DNA from: Azolla caroliniana | Lineage: Eukaryota > Plantae > Polypodiophyta | NCBI GenBank assembly: GCA_043228905.1 | Contig: JBHGNT010000010.1 | Coordinates: forward strand, 496,001-560,000 | Length of the DNA stretch: 64,000 bases | Direction of reading: 5' to 3' | Part shown: piece by piece, positions 40,701 through 54,800 of the stretch | Layout of the letters: every line of letters starts with the position of its first letter | How positions within the stretch are numbered: position 1 is the stretch's first letter | Notes under the pieces: model-generated | Database searches by the model: none | Seen by the model: only the letters and a program-made list of their open reading frames with translations | What the model was told of the DNA's origin: nothing | Translations under genes and position numbers: made by a program

Positions 40701-43700
40701 TAGCTTCGAATCGCATGTTTGAACACAAAAATCCGATATTACACGAGCCAGGTATGAAAATTTTAAATTAGTCACGCGCTCTTCTCAACTCCCTCCTCGA
40801 ATTTGGTAATTTCTTCATGTCTCGTGACCTGAGTTTCACAATCATGATTGTTTAATTCTATATCATAGCTAGTGTTGTTAGCTTCAATTCGCATGTTTTA
40901 ACACAAAAATCAGGGATCACACGAGCCAGGTATGAACATTTGAATTTAGTCACGCGCTCTTCTAAACTCCCTCCTCAAATTTGGTAATTTCTTCATGTCT
41001 CTCGACCTGAGTTTTATAATCTTGATTTTTTAATTCCATATCATAGGTAGCGTTGTTAACTTCGATTCGCATCTTTGAACACAAAAATCTGGTATCACAC
41101 GAGCCAGGTATGAATATTTTAAATTAGTCACGCGCTCTTCTCAACTCCCTCCTCGAATTTGGTAATTTCTTCATGTCTCGTGACCTGAGTTTCAAAATCA
41201 TGATTTTTTAATTCTATATCATAGCTAGTGTTGTTAATGTCAATTCGCATGTTTTAATACAAAAATCAGGGATCACACGAGCCAGGTATGAACATTTGAA
41301 TTTAGTCACACGCTCTTCTAAACTCCTTCCTCAAATTTGGTAATTTCTTCATGTCTCTCGACCTGAGTTTTAAAATCTTGATTTTTTAATTCCATATTAT
41401 AGGTAGCTTTGTTACCTTCGATTCGCATCTTTGAACACTAAAATCCGATATCACACGAGCCAGGTATGAACATTGTAATTTAGTCACGCGCTCTTCTCAA
41501 CTCCCTCCTCAAATTTGGTAATTTCTGCATGTTTCTCGACCTGAGTTTCAAAATCTCAATTTTTTAAGTCGAGATTATAGGTAGCCTTGTTACCTTCAAT
41601 TCGCATCTTTGAACACTAAAATCCGATATGACACGGGCCAGGTATGAACATTTTAATTTACTCACGGGCTCTTCTTCATGTCTGTCGACCTGAGTTTAAA
41701 AATCTTGATTTTTTTATTCTATATCATAGCTAGTGTTGTTAGCTTCGATTCGCATCTTTGAACACAAAAATCCGGGATCACACGAGCCAGGTATGAACAT
41801 TTTAATTTACTCACGGGCTCTTCTCAACTCCCTCTTCTAACTTGCCAATTTCTTCATGTCTCTCGACCTGAGTTTCAAAATCTCGATTTTTTTATTCTAT
41901 ATCATATCTAGTGTTGTTAGCTTCGATTCGCATCTTTGAACACTAAAATCCCATATCACACGGGCCAGGTATGAACATTTTAATTTACTCACGGGCTCTT
42001 CTCAACTCCCTCTTCTAACTTGCCAATTTCTTCATGTCTCTCGACCTGAGTTTCAAAATCTCGATTTGTTAATTCCATATCATAGGTAGCATTGTTAGCT
42101 TCGAATCGCATGTTTGAACAGAAAAATCCGATATCACATGGGCCAGGAATGAACATTTTAATTTACTCATGGGCTCTTCTAAAATCCCTGTTCTAACTTG
42201 CCAATTTCTTCATGTCCCTCGACATGAGTTTCAAAATCTTGATTTTTTTATTCTATATCATAGCTAGTGTTTTTAGCTTCGATTCGCATCTTTGAACACA
42301 AAAATCCGGGATCACACGAGCAAGGCATGAACATTTTAATTTACTCACGGGCTCTTCTCAACTCCCTCTTCTAACTTACCAATTTCTTCATGTGTCTCGA
42401 CCTGAGTTTCAAAATCTTGATTTTTTAATTCTATATCATAGCTAGTGTTTTTAGCTTCGATTCGCATCTTTGAACACAAAAATCTGGGATCACACGAGCC
42501 AGGTATGAACATTTTAATTTACTCACGGGATCTTCTCAACTCCCTCTTCTAACTTGCCAATTTCTTCATGTCTCTCGAACTGAGTTTCAAAATCTCGATT
42601 TTTTTATTCTATATCATAGCTAATGTTGTTAGCATCGAATCGCATCTTTCAACACAAAAATCCAATATCACACGAGCCAGGTTTGAACATTTTAATTTAC
42701 TCACGCGCTCTTCTCAACTCCCTCTTCAAATTTGGTAATTTCTTCAAGTCTCTTGACCTGAATTTCAAAATTTCTATTTCTTAACTCCACATTATAGGTA
42801 GCGTTGTTAGCTTCGAATCGCATGTTTGAACACAAAAATCCGATATCACACGAGCCAGGTATGAACATTTTAATTTACTCACGCGCTCTTCTCAACTCCC
42901 TCCTCAAATTTGATAATTTCTTCATGTCTGTCGACCTGAGTTGCAAAACCTGGATTTTTTAATTCTATATCTTAGGTAGCGTTGTTAGCTTCGAATCGCA
43001 TGTTTGAACACAAAAATCTGATATTACACGAGCCAGGTATGAAAATTTTAAATTAGTCACGCGCTCTTCTCAACTCCCTCCTCGAATTTGGTAATTTCTT
43101 CATGTCTCGTGACCTGAGTTTCAAAATCATGATTTTTTAATTCTACATCATAGCTAGTGTTGTTAGCTTCAATTCGCATGTTTTAACACAAAAATCAGGG
43201 ATCACACGAGCCAGGTATGAACATTTGAATTTAGTCACGCGCTCTTCTAAACTCCCTCCTCAAATTTGGTAATTTCTTCATGTCTCTCGACCTGAGTTTT
43301 AAAATCTTGATTTTTTCATTCCATATCTTAGGTAGCGTTGTTAGCTTCGATTCGCATGTTTGAACACAGAAATCCGGGATCACACGAGCTAGGTATGAAC
43401 ATTTTAATTTACTCACGCGCTCTTCTCAACTCCCTCCTCAATTTTGGTAATTTCTTCATGTCTCTCGACCTGAGTTTCAAAATCTTGATTTTTTAATTCT
43501 ATATCATAGCTAGCATTGTTAACTTCGATTCGCAGCTTTGAACACAAAAATCCGGGATCACACGAGCCAGGTATGAACATTTTAATTTACTCACGCGCTC
43601 TTCTCAACTCCCTCTTCTAACTTGCCAATTTCTTCATGTCTCTTGACCTGAGTTTCAAAATCTCGATTTTTTAATTCCATATTATATGTAGCGTTGTTAG

Positions 43701-46700
43701 CTTCGATTCGCATCTTTGAACACTAAAATCCGAGATCACATGGGCCAGGTATGAACATTTTAATATACTCACGGGCTCTTCTCAACTCCCTGCTCAAATT
43801 TGGTAATTTCTTCATGTCTCTTGACGTGAGTTTCAAAATCTAGATTTTTTAATTCCATATCATAGGTAGCGTTGTTAGTTTCGATTCCCATGTTTGAACA
43901 CAAAAATCCGATATTACACGAGCCAGGTATGAACATTTTAATTTACTCACGCGCTCTTCTCAACTCCCTCCTCAAATTTGATAATTTCTTCATGTCTCTC
44001 GACCTGAGTTGCAAAACCTGGATTTTTTAATTCTATATCTTAGGTAGCGTTGTTAGCTTCGAATCGCATGTTTGAACACAAAAATCCGGGATCACACGAG
44101 CCTGGTATGAACATTTTAATTTACTCACGCGCTCTTCTCAACTCCCTCTTCAAATTTGGTAATTTCTTTATGTCTCTCGACCTGAGTTTCAAAATCTCGA
44201 TTTTTTAATTCCATATTATAGGTAGCGTTGTTAGCTTCGATTCGCATCTTTGAACACAAAAATCCGATATCACACGAGCCAGGTATGAACATTTTAATTT
44301 AGTCACGCGCTCTTCTCAACTCCCTCCTCGAATTTGGTAATTTCTTCATGTCTCTCGACCTGAGTTTCAAAATCTTGAATTTTTATTCCATATCATAGGT
44401 AGTGTTGTTAGCTTCGAATCGCATGTTTGAACACAAAAATCCGGGATCACACGAGCCAGGTATGAACATTTTAATTTACTCACGCGCTCTTCTCAACTCC
44501 CTCTTCAAATTTGGTAATTTCTTTATGTCTCTCGACCTGAGTTTCAAAATCTCGATTTTTTAATTCCATATTATAGGTAGCGTTGTTAGCTTCGATTCGC
44601 ATCTTTGAACACAAAAATCCGATATCACACGAGCCAGGTATGAACATTTTAATTTAGTCACGCGCTCTTCTCAACTCCCTCCTCGAATTTGGTAATTTCT
44701 TCATGTCTCTCGACCTGAGTTTCAAAATCTTGAATTTTTATTCCATATCATAGGTAGTGTTGTTAGCTTTGAATCACATGTTTGAACACAAAAATTCGAT
44801 ATCACACGAGCCAGGTATGAACATTTTAATTGACTCACGCACTCTTCTCAACTCCCTCTTCTAACTTGCCAATTTCTTCATGTCTCTCGACCTGAGTTTC
44901 AAAATCTCGATTTTTTAATTCCATATTATATGTAGAGTTTTTTGCTTCGATTCGCATCTTTGAACACTAAAATCCGATATCACATGGGCCAGGTATGAAA
45001 ATTTTAATTTACTCACCGGCTCTTCTCAAGTCCCTCCTCAAATTTGGTAATTTCATGTCTCTAGACATGAGTTTCAAAATCTGGATTTTTTGATTCTATA
45101 TCATAGCTAGTGTTGTTAGCTTCGATTTGCATGTTTTAACACAAAAATCCGGGATCACACGAGCCAGGTATGAACATTTTAATTTACTCACGAGCTCTTC
45201 TCAACTCCCTCTTCAAATTTGGTAATTTCTTCATATCTCTCGACCTGAGTTTCAAAATTTCGGTTTTTTAATTCCATATCATAGGTAGCGTTGTTATCTT
45301 CGAATGACATGTGTGAACACAAAAATCCGGGATCACACGAACCATGTATGAACATTTTAATTTACTCACGCGCTCTTCTCAACTCCCTCCTCAAATTTGG
45401 TAATTTCTGCAGGTCTCTCGACCTGAGTTTCAAAATCTTGATTTTTTAATTCCATATCATAGGCAGCTTTGTTAGCTTCGATTCGCATGTTTGAACACAG
45501 AAATCCGGGATCACACGAGCCAGGTATGAACATTTTAATTTAGTCACGCGCTCTTCTCAACTCCCTCCTCGAATTTGGTAATTTCTTCATGTCTCGAGAC
45601 CTGAGTTTCAAAATCATGACCTTTTAATTCCATATCATAGCTAGTGTTGTTAGCTTCGATTCGCATCTTTGAACACTAAAATCCGAGATCACATGGGCCA
45701 GGAATGAAAATTTTAATGTACTCACGGGCTCTTCTCAACTCCCTCTTCAAATTTGGTAATTTCTTCATGTCTCTTGACGTGAGTTTCAAAATCTCGATTT
45801 TTTAATTCCAAATCATAGGTAGCATTTTTAGTTTCGATTCCCATGTTTGAACACAAAAATCCGATATTACACGAGACAGGTATGAACATTTTAATTTACT
45901 CACGCGCTCTTCTCAACTCCCTCCTCAAATTTGATAATTTCTTCATGTCTCTCGACCTGAGTTTCAAAATCTGGATTTTTTAATTCTATATCTTAGGTAG
46001 TGTTGTTAGCTTCGAATCGCATGTTTGAACACAAAAATCCGAGATCACACGAGCCAGGTATGAACATTTTAATTTACTCTCGCGCTCTTCTCAACTCCCT
46101 CTTCAAATTTGGTAATTTCTTTATGTCTCTCGACCTGAGTTTCAAAATCTCGATTTTTTAATTCCATATAATAGATAGCGTTGTCAGTTTCGAATCCCAT
46201 GTTTGAACACAGAAATCCGATATCACAAAAGCCAGGTATGCACATTTTAATTTACTCACGCGCTCCTCTCAACTCCCTCTTCAAATTTGGTAATTTCTTC
46301 AAGTCTCTTGACCTGAATTTCAAAATTTCTATTTCTTAACTCCACATTATAGGTAGCGTTGTTATCTTCGAATCGCATGTTTGAACACAAAAATCCGATA
46401 TCACACGAGCCAGGTATGAACATTTTAATTTACTCACGCGCTCTTCTCAACTCCCTCCTCAAATTTGATAATTTCTTCATGTCTCTCGACCTGAGTTGCA
46501 AAACCTGGATTTTTTAATTCTATATCTTAGGTAGCGTTGTTAGCTTCGAATCGCATGTTTGAACACAAAAATCCGATATTACACGAGCCAGGTATGAAAA
46601 TTTTAAATTAGTCACGCGCTCTTCTCAACTCCCTCCTCGAATTTGGTAATTTCTTCATGTCTCGTGACCTGAGTTTCACAATCATGATTTTTTAATTCTA

Positions 46701-49573
46701 TATCATAGCTAGTGTTGTTAGCTTCAATTCGCATGTTTTAACACAAAAATCAGGGATCACACGAGCCAGGTATGAACATTTGAATTTAGTCACGCGCTCT
46801 TCTAAACTCCCTCCTCAAATTTGGTAATTTCTTCATGTCTCTCGACCTGAGTTTTATAATCTTGATTTTTTAATTCCATATCATAGGTAGCGTTGTTAAC
46901 TTCGATTCGCATCTTTGAACACAAAAATCTGGTATCACACGAGCCAGGTATGAATATTTTAAATTAGTCACGCGCTCTTCTCAACTCCCTCCTCGAATTT
47001 GGTAATTTCTTCATGTCTCGTGACCTGAGTTTCAAAATCATGATTTTTTAATTCTATATCATAGCTAGTGTTGTTAATGTCAATTCGCATGTTTTAATAC
47101 AAAAATCAGGGATCACACGAGCCAGGTATGAACATTTGAATTTAGTCACACGCTCTTCTAAACTCCTTCCTCAAATTTGGTAATTTCTTCATGTCTCTCG
47201 ACCTGAGTTTTAAAATCTTGATTTTTTAATTCCATATTATAGGTAGCTTTGTTACCTTCGATTCGCATCTTTGAACACTAAAATCCGATATCACACGAGC
47301 CAGGTATGAACATTGTAATTTAGTCACGCGCTCTTCTCAACTCCCTCCTCAAATTTGGTAATTTCTGCATGTTTCTCGACCTGAGTTTCAAAATCTCAAT
47401 TTTTTAAGTCGAGATTATAGGTAGCCTTGTTACCTTCAATTCGCATCTTTGAACACTAAAATCCGATATGACACGGGCCAGGTATGAACATTTTAATTTA
47501 CTCACGGGCTCTTCTTCATGTCTGTCGACCTGAGTTTAAAAATCTTGATTTTTTTATTCTATATCATAGCTAGTGTTGTTAGCTTCGATTCGCATCTTTG
47601 AACACAAAAATCCGGGATCACACGAGCCAGGTATGAACATTTTAATTTACTCACGGGCTCTTCTCAACTCCCTCTTCTAACTTGCCAATTTCTTCATGTC
47701 TCTCGACCTGAGTTTCAAAATCTCGATTTTTTTATTCTATATCATATCTAGTGTTGTTAGCTTCGATTCGCATCTTTGAACACTAAAATCCCATATCACA
47801 CGGGCCAGGTATGAACATTTTAATTTACTCACGGGCTCTTCTCAACTCCCTCTTCTAACTTGCCAATTTCTTCATGTCTCTCGACCTGAGTTTCAAAATC
47901 TCGATTTGTTAATTCCATATCATAGGTAGCATTGTTAGCTTCGAATCGCATGTTTGAACAGAAAAATCCGATATCACATGGGCCAGGAATGAACATTTTA
48001 ATTTACTCATGGGCTCTTCTAAAATCCCTGTTCTAACTTGCCAATTTCTTCATGTCCCTCGACATGAGTTTCAAAATCTTGATTTTTTTATTCTATATCA
48101 TAGCTAGTGTTTTTAGCTTCGATTCGCATCTTTGAACACAAAAATCCGGGATCACACGAGCAAGGCATGAACATTTTAATTTACTCACGGGCTCTTCTCA
48201 ACTCCCTCTTCTAACTTACCAATTTCTTCATGTGTCTCGACCTGAGTTTCAAAATCTTGATTTTTTAATTCTATATCATAGCTAGTGTTTTTAGCTTCGA
48301 TTCGCATCTTTGAACACAAAAATCTGGGATCACACGAGCCAGGTATGAACATTTTAATTTACTCACGGGATCTTCTCAACTCCCTCTTCTAACTTGCCAA
48401 TTTCTTCATGTCTCTCGAACTGAGTTTCAAAATCTCGATTTTTTTATTCTATATCATAGCTAATGTTGTTAGCATCGAATCGCATCTTTCAACACAAAAA
48501 TCCAATATCACACGAGCCAGGTTTGAACATTTTAATTTACTCACGCGCTCTTCTCAACTCCCTCTTCAAATTTGGTAATTTCTTCAAGTCTCTTGACCTG
48601 AATTTCAAAATTTCTATTTCTTAACTCCACATTATAGGTAGCGTTGTTATCTTCGAATCGCATGTTTGAACACAAAAATCCGATATCACACGAGCCAGGT
48701 ATGAACATTTTAATTTACTCACGCGCTCTTCTCAACTCCCTCCTCAAATTTGATAATTTCTTCATGTCTGTCGACCTGAGTTGCAAAACCTGGATTTTTT
48801 AATTCTATATCTTAGGTAGCGTTGTTAGCTTCGAATCGCATGTTTGAACACAAAAATCTGATATTACACGAGCCAGGTATGAAAATTTTAAATTAGTCAC
48901 GCGCTCTTCTCAACTCCCTCCTCGAATTTGGTAATTTCTTCATGTCTCGTGACCTGAGTTTCAAAATCATGATTTTTTAATTCTACATCATAGCTAGTGT
49001 TGTTAGCTTCAATTCGCATGTTTTAACACAAAAATCAGGGATCACACGAGCCAGGTATGAACATTTGAATTTAGTCACGCGCTCTTCTAAACTCCCTCCT
49101 CAAATTTGGTAATTTCTTCATGTCTCTCGACCTGAGTTTTAAAATCTTGATTTTTTCATTCCATATCTTAGGTAGCGTTGTTAGCTTCGATTCGCATGTT
49201 TGAACACAGAAATCCGGGATCACACGAGCTAGGTATGAACATTTTAATTTACTCACGCGCTCTTCTCAACTCCCTCCTCAATTTTGGTAATTTCTTCATG
49301 TCTCTCGACCTGAGTTTCAAAATCTTGATTTTTTAATTCTATATCATAGCTAGCATTGTTAACTTCGATTCGCAGCTTTGAACACAAAAATCCGGGATCA
49401 CACGAGCCAGGTATGAACATTTTAATTTACTCACGCGCTCTTCTCAACTCCCTCTTCTAACTTGCCAATTTCTTCATGTCTCTTGACCTGAGTTTCAAAA
49501 TCTCGATTTTTTAATTCCATATTATATGTAGCGTTGTTAGCTTCGATTCGCATCTTTGAACACTAAAATCCGA
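25781..49573. repeat. Higher-order repeat, 5,840-bp unit of 33 monomers, about 4.07 near-identical tandem copies (units start near 25781, 31621, 37461, 43301, 49141)
   Basis: Diagnostic variants recur at exactly 5,840 bp: 29-bp deletion junction at 29992/35832/41672/47512; 3-bp deletion at 27531/33371/39211/45051; ORF-track hits at 31551/37391/43231/49071. 33x178 = 5874 minus internal deletions 29+3+1+1 = 5840. Confidence 0.96.
26550..27250. repeat. 355-bp two-monomer duplication nested in every 5,840-bp HOR unit
   Basis: CTTTATG monomer starts at 26646 and 27001; each is followed by a 177-bp monomer with TCTTGAATTTTTATTCC (26824, 27179). Confidence 0.88.
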
Positions 49574-51839
49574 TATCACATGGGCCAGGTATGAAAATTT
49601 TAATTTACTCACCGGCTCTTCTCAAGTCCCTCCTCAAATTTGGTAATTTCATGTCTCTAGACATGAGTTTCAAAATCTGGATTTTTTGATTCTATATCAT
49701 AGCTAGTGTTGTTAGCTTCGATTTGCATGTTTTAACACAAAAATCCGGGATCACACAAGCCAGGTATGAACATTTTAATTTACTCACGAGCTCTTCTCAA
49801 CTCCCTCTTCAAATTTGGTAATTTCTTCATATCTCTCGACCTGAGTTTCAAAATTTCGGTTTTTTAATTCCATATCATAGGTAGCGTTGTTATCTTCGAA
49901 TGACATGTGTGAACACAAAAATCCGGGATCACACGAACCATGTATGAACATTTTAATTTACTCACGCGCTCTTCTCAACTCCCTCCTCAAATTTGGTAAT
50001 TTCTGCAGGTCTCTCGACCTGAGTTTCAAAATCTTGATTTTTTAATTCCATATCATAGGCAGCTTTGTTAGCTTCGATTCGCATGTTTGAACACAGAAAT
50101 CCGGGATCACACGAGCCAGGTATGAACATTTTAATTTAGTCACGCGCTCTTCTCAACTCCCTCCTCGAATTTGGTAATTTCTTCATGTCTCGAGACCTGA
50201 GTTTCAAAATCATGACCTTTTAATTCCATATCATAGCTAGTGTTGTTAGCTTCGATTCGCATCTTTGAACACTAAAATCCGAGATCACATGGGCCAGGAA
50301 TGAAAATTTTAATGTACTCACGGGCTCTTCTCAACTCCCTCCTCAAATTTGATAATTTCTTCATGTCTCTCGACCTGAGTTTCAAAATCTTGATTTTTTC
50401 ATTCCATATCTTAGGTAGCGTTGTTAGCTTCGATTCGCATGTTTGAACACAGAAATCCGGGATCACACGAGCTAGGTATGAACATTTTAATTTACTCACG
50501 CGCTCTTCTCAACTCCCTCCTCAATTTTGGTAATTTCTTCATGTCTCTCGACCTGAGTTTCAAAATCTTGATTTTTTAATTCTATATCATAGCTAGCATT
50601 GTTAACTTTGATTCGCAGCTTTGAACACAAAAATCCGGGATTACACGAGCCAGGTATGAACATTTTAATTTACTCACGCGCTCTTCTCAACTCCCTCTTC
50701 TAACTTGCCAATTTCTTCATGTCTCTTGACCTGAGTTTCAAAATCTCGATTTTTTAATTCCATATTATATGTAGCGTTGTTAGCTTCGATTCGCATCTTT
50801 GAACACTAAAATCCGAGATCACATGGGCCAGGTATGAACATTTTAATATACTCACGGGCTCTTCTCAACTCCCTGCTCAAATTTGGTAATTTCTTCATGT
50901 CTCTTGACGTGAGTTTCAAAATCTAGATTTTTTAATTCCATATCATAGGTAGCGTTGTTAGTTTCGATTCCCATGTTTGAACACAAAAATCCGATATTAC
51001 ACGAGCCAGGTATGAACATTTTAATTTACTCACGCGCTCTTCTCAACTCCCTCCTCAAATTTGATAATTTCTTCATGTCTCTCGACCTGAGTTGCAAAAG
51101 CTGGATTTTTTAATTCTATATCTTAGGTAGCGTTGTTAGCTTCGAATCGCATGTTTGAACACAAAAATCCGGGATCACACGAGCCAGGTATGAACATTTT
51201 AATTTACTCACGCGCTCTTCTCAACTCCCTCTTCAAATTTGGTAATTTCTTTATGTCTCTCGACCTGAGTTTCAAAATCTCGATTTTTTAATTCCATATT
51301 ATAGGTAGCGTTGTTAGCTTCGATTCGCATCTTTGAACACAAAAATCCGATATCACACGAGCCAGGTATGAACATTTTAATTTAGTCACGCGCTCTTCTC
51401 AACTCCCTCCTCGAATTTGGTAATTTCTTCATGTCTCTCGACCTGAGTTTCAAAATCTTGAATTTTTATTCCATATCATAGGTAGTGTTGTTAGCTTTGA
51501 ATCACATGTTTGAACACAAAAATTCGATATCACACGAGCCAGGTATGAACATTTTAATTGACTCACGCACTCTTCTCAACTCCCTCTTCTAACTTGCCAA
51601 TTTCTTCATGTCTCTCGACCTGAGTTTCAAAATCTCGATTTTTTAATTCCATATTATATGTAGAGTTTTTAGCTTCGATTCGCATCTTTGAACACTAAAA
51701 TCCGATATCACATGGGCCAGGTATGAAAATTTTAATTTACTCACCGGCTCTTCTCAAGTCCCTCCTCAAATTTGGTAATTTCATGTCTCTAGACATGAGT
51801 TTCAAAATCTGGATTTTTTGATTCTATATCATAGCTAGT

Positions 51840-54800
51840 GTTGTTAGCTTCGAATCGCATGTTTGAACACAAAAATCTGATATTACACGAGCCAGGTATG
51901 AAAATTTTAAATTAGTCACGCGCTCTTCTCAACTCCCTCCTCGAATTTGGTAATTTCTTCATGTCTCGTGACCTGAGTTTCAAAATCATGATTTTTTAAT
52001 TCTATATCATAGCTAGTGTTGTTAGCTTCAATTCGCATGTTTTAACACAAAAATCAGGGATCACACGAGCCAGGTATGAACATTTGAATTTAGTCACGCG
52101 CTCTTCTAAACTCCCTCCTCAAATTTGGTAATTTCTTCATGTCTCTCGACCTGAGTTTTAAAATCTTGATTTTTTAATTCCATATCATAGGTAGCGTTGT
52201 TAACTTCGATTCGCATCTTTGAACACAAAACTCTGGTATCACACGAGCCAGTTATGAATATTTTAAATTAGTCACGCGCTCTTCTCAACTCCCTCCTCGA
52301 ATTTGGTAATTTCTTCATGTCTCTCGACCTGAGTTTTAAAATCTTGATTTTTTAATTCCATATCATAGGTAGCGTTGTTAACTTCGATTCGCATCTTTGA
52401 ACACAAAACTCTGGTATCACACGAGCCAGTTATGAATATTTTAAATTAGTCACGCGCTCTTCTCAACTCCCTCCTCGAATTTGGTAATTTCTTCATGTCT
52501 CGTGACCTGAGTTTCAAAATCATGATTTTTTAATTCTATATCATAGCTAGTGTTGTTAGCGTCAGTTCGCATGTTTTAATACAAAAATCAGGGATCACAC
52601 GAGCCAGGTATGAACATTTGAATTTAGTCACACGCTCTTCTAAACTCCTTCCTCAAATTTGGTAATTTCTTCATGTCTCTCGACCTGAGTTTTAAAATCT
52701 TGATTTTTTAATTCCATATTATAGGTAGCTTTGTTACCTTCGATTCGCATCTTTGAACACTAAAATCCGATATCACACGAGCCAGGTATGAACATTGTAA
52801 TTTAGTCACGCGCTCTTCTCAACTCCCTCCTCAAATTTGGTAATTTCTGCATGTTTCTCGACCTGAGTTTCAAAATCTCAATTTTTTAAGTCGAGATTAT
52901 AGGTAGCCTTGTTACCTTCAATTCGCATCTTTGAACACTAAAATCCGATATGACACGGGCCAGGTATGAACATTTTAATTTACTCACGGGCTCTTCTTCA
53001 TGTCTGTCGACCTGAGTTTAAAAATCTTGATTTTTTTATTCTATATCATAGCTAGTGTTGTTAGCTTCGATTCACATCTTTGAACACAAAAATCCGGGAT
53101 CACACGAGCCAGGTATGAACATTTTAATTTACTCACGGGCTCTTCTCAACTCCCTCTTCTAACTTGCCAATTTCTTCATGTCTCTCGACCTGAGTTTCAA
53201 AATCTCGATTTTTTTATTCTATATCATATCTAGTGTTGTTAGCTTCGATTCGCATCTTTGAACACTAAAATCCGATATCACACGGGCCAGGTATGAACAT
53301 TTTAATTTACTCACGGGCTCTTCTCAACTCCCTCTTCTAACTTGCCAATTTCTTCATGTCTCTCGACCTGAGTTTCAAAATCTCGATTTGTTAATTCCAT
53401 ATCATAGGTAGCATTGTTAGCTTCGAATCGCATGTTTGAACAGAAAAATCCGATATCACATGGGCCAGGAATGAACATTTTAATTTACTCATGGGCTCTT
53501 CTAAAATCCCTGTTCTAACTTGCCAATTTCTTCATGTCCCTCGACATGAGTTTCAAAATGTTGATTTTTTTATTCTATATCATAGCTAGTGTTTTTAGCT
53601 TCGATTCGCATCTTTGAACACAAAAATCCGGGATCACACGAGCAAGGCATGAACATTTTAATTTACTCACGGGCTCTTCTCAACTCCCTCTTCTAACTTA
53701 CCAATTTCTTCATGTGTCTCGACCTGAGTTTCAAAATCTTGATTTTTTAATTCTATATCATAGCTAGTGTTTTTAGCTTCGATTCGCATCTTTGAACACA
53801 AAAATCTGGGATCACACGAGCCAGGTATGAACATTTTAATTTACTCACGGGATCTTCTCAACTCCCTCTTCTGACTTGCCAATTTCTTCATGTCTCTCGA
53901 ACTGAGTTTCAAAATCTCGATTTTTTTATTCTATATCATAGCTAATGTTGTTAGCTTCGAGTCGCATCTTTGAACACAAAAATCCAATATCACACGAGCC
54001 AGGTTTGAACATTTTAATTTACTCACGCGCTCTTCTCAACTCCCTCTTCAAATTTGGTAATTTCTTCCTGTCTCTCGACCTGAGTTTTAATATCTCGATT
54101 TCTTAATTCCATATTATAGGTAGCGTTGTTAGCTTCGATTCGCATCTTTGAACACGAAAATCTGATATCACACGAGCCAGGTATGAACATTTTAATTTAC
54201 TCACGGGCTCTTCTCAACTCCCTCCTCAAATTTGGTAATTTCTGCATGTTTCTCGACCTGAGTTTCAAAATCTCAATTTTTTAATTCTATATCATAGCTA
54301 GTGTTGTTAGCTTCAATTCGCATGTTTTAACACAAAAATCAGGGATCACACGAGCCAGGTATGAACATTTTAATTTACTCACGCGCTCTTCTCAACTCCC
54401 TCTTCAAATTTGGCAATTTCTTCATGTCTCTCGACCTGAGTTTCAAAATTTCTATTTCTTAATTCCATATTATAGGTAGCGTTGTTAGCTTTGAATCGCA
54501 TCTTTGAACACAAAAATCCAATATCACACGAGCCAGGTATGAACATTTTAATTTACTCACGCGCTCTTCTCAACTCCCTCTTCAAATTTGGTAATTTCTT
54601 CATGTCTCTCGACCTGAGTTTCAAAATTTCGATATTTTAATTCCATATTATAGGTAGCGTTGTTAGCTTCGATTTGCATCTTTGAACACGAAAATCCGAT
54701 ATCACACGACCCAGGTATGAACATTTTAATTTACTCACGCGCTCTTCTCAACTCCGTCTTCATTCGATTTGCATCTTTGAACACGAAAATCCGGGATCAC

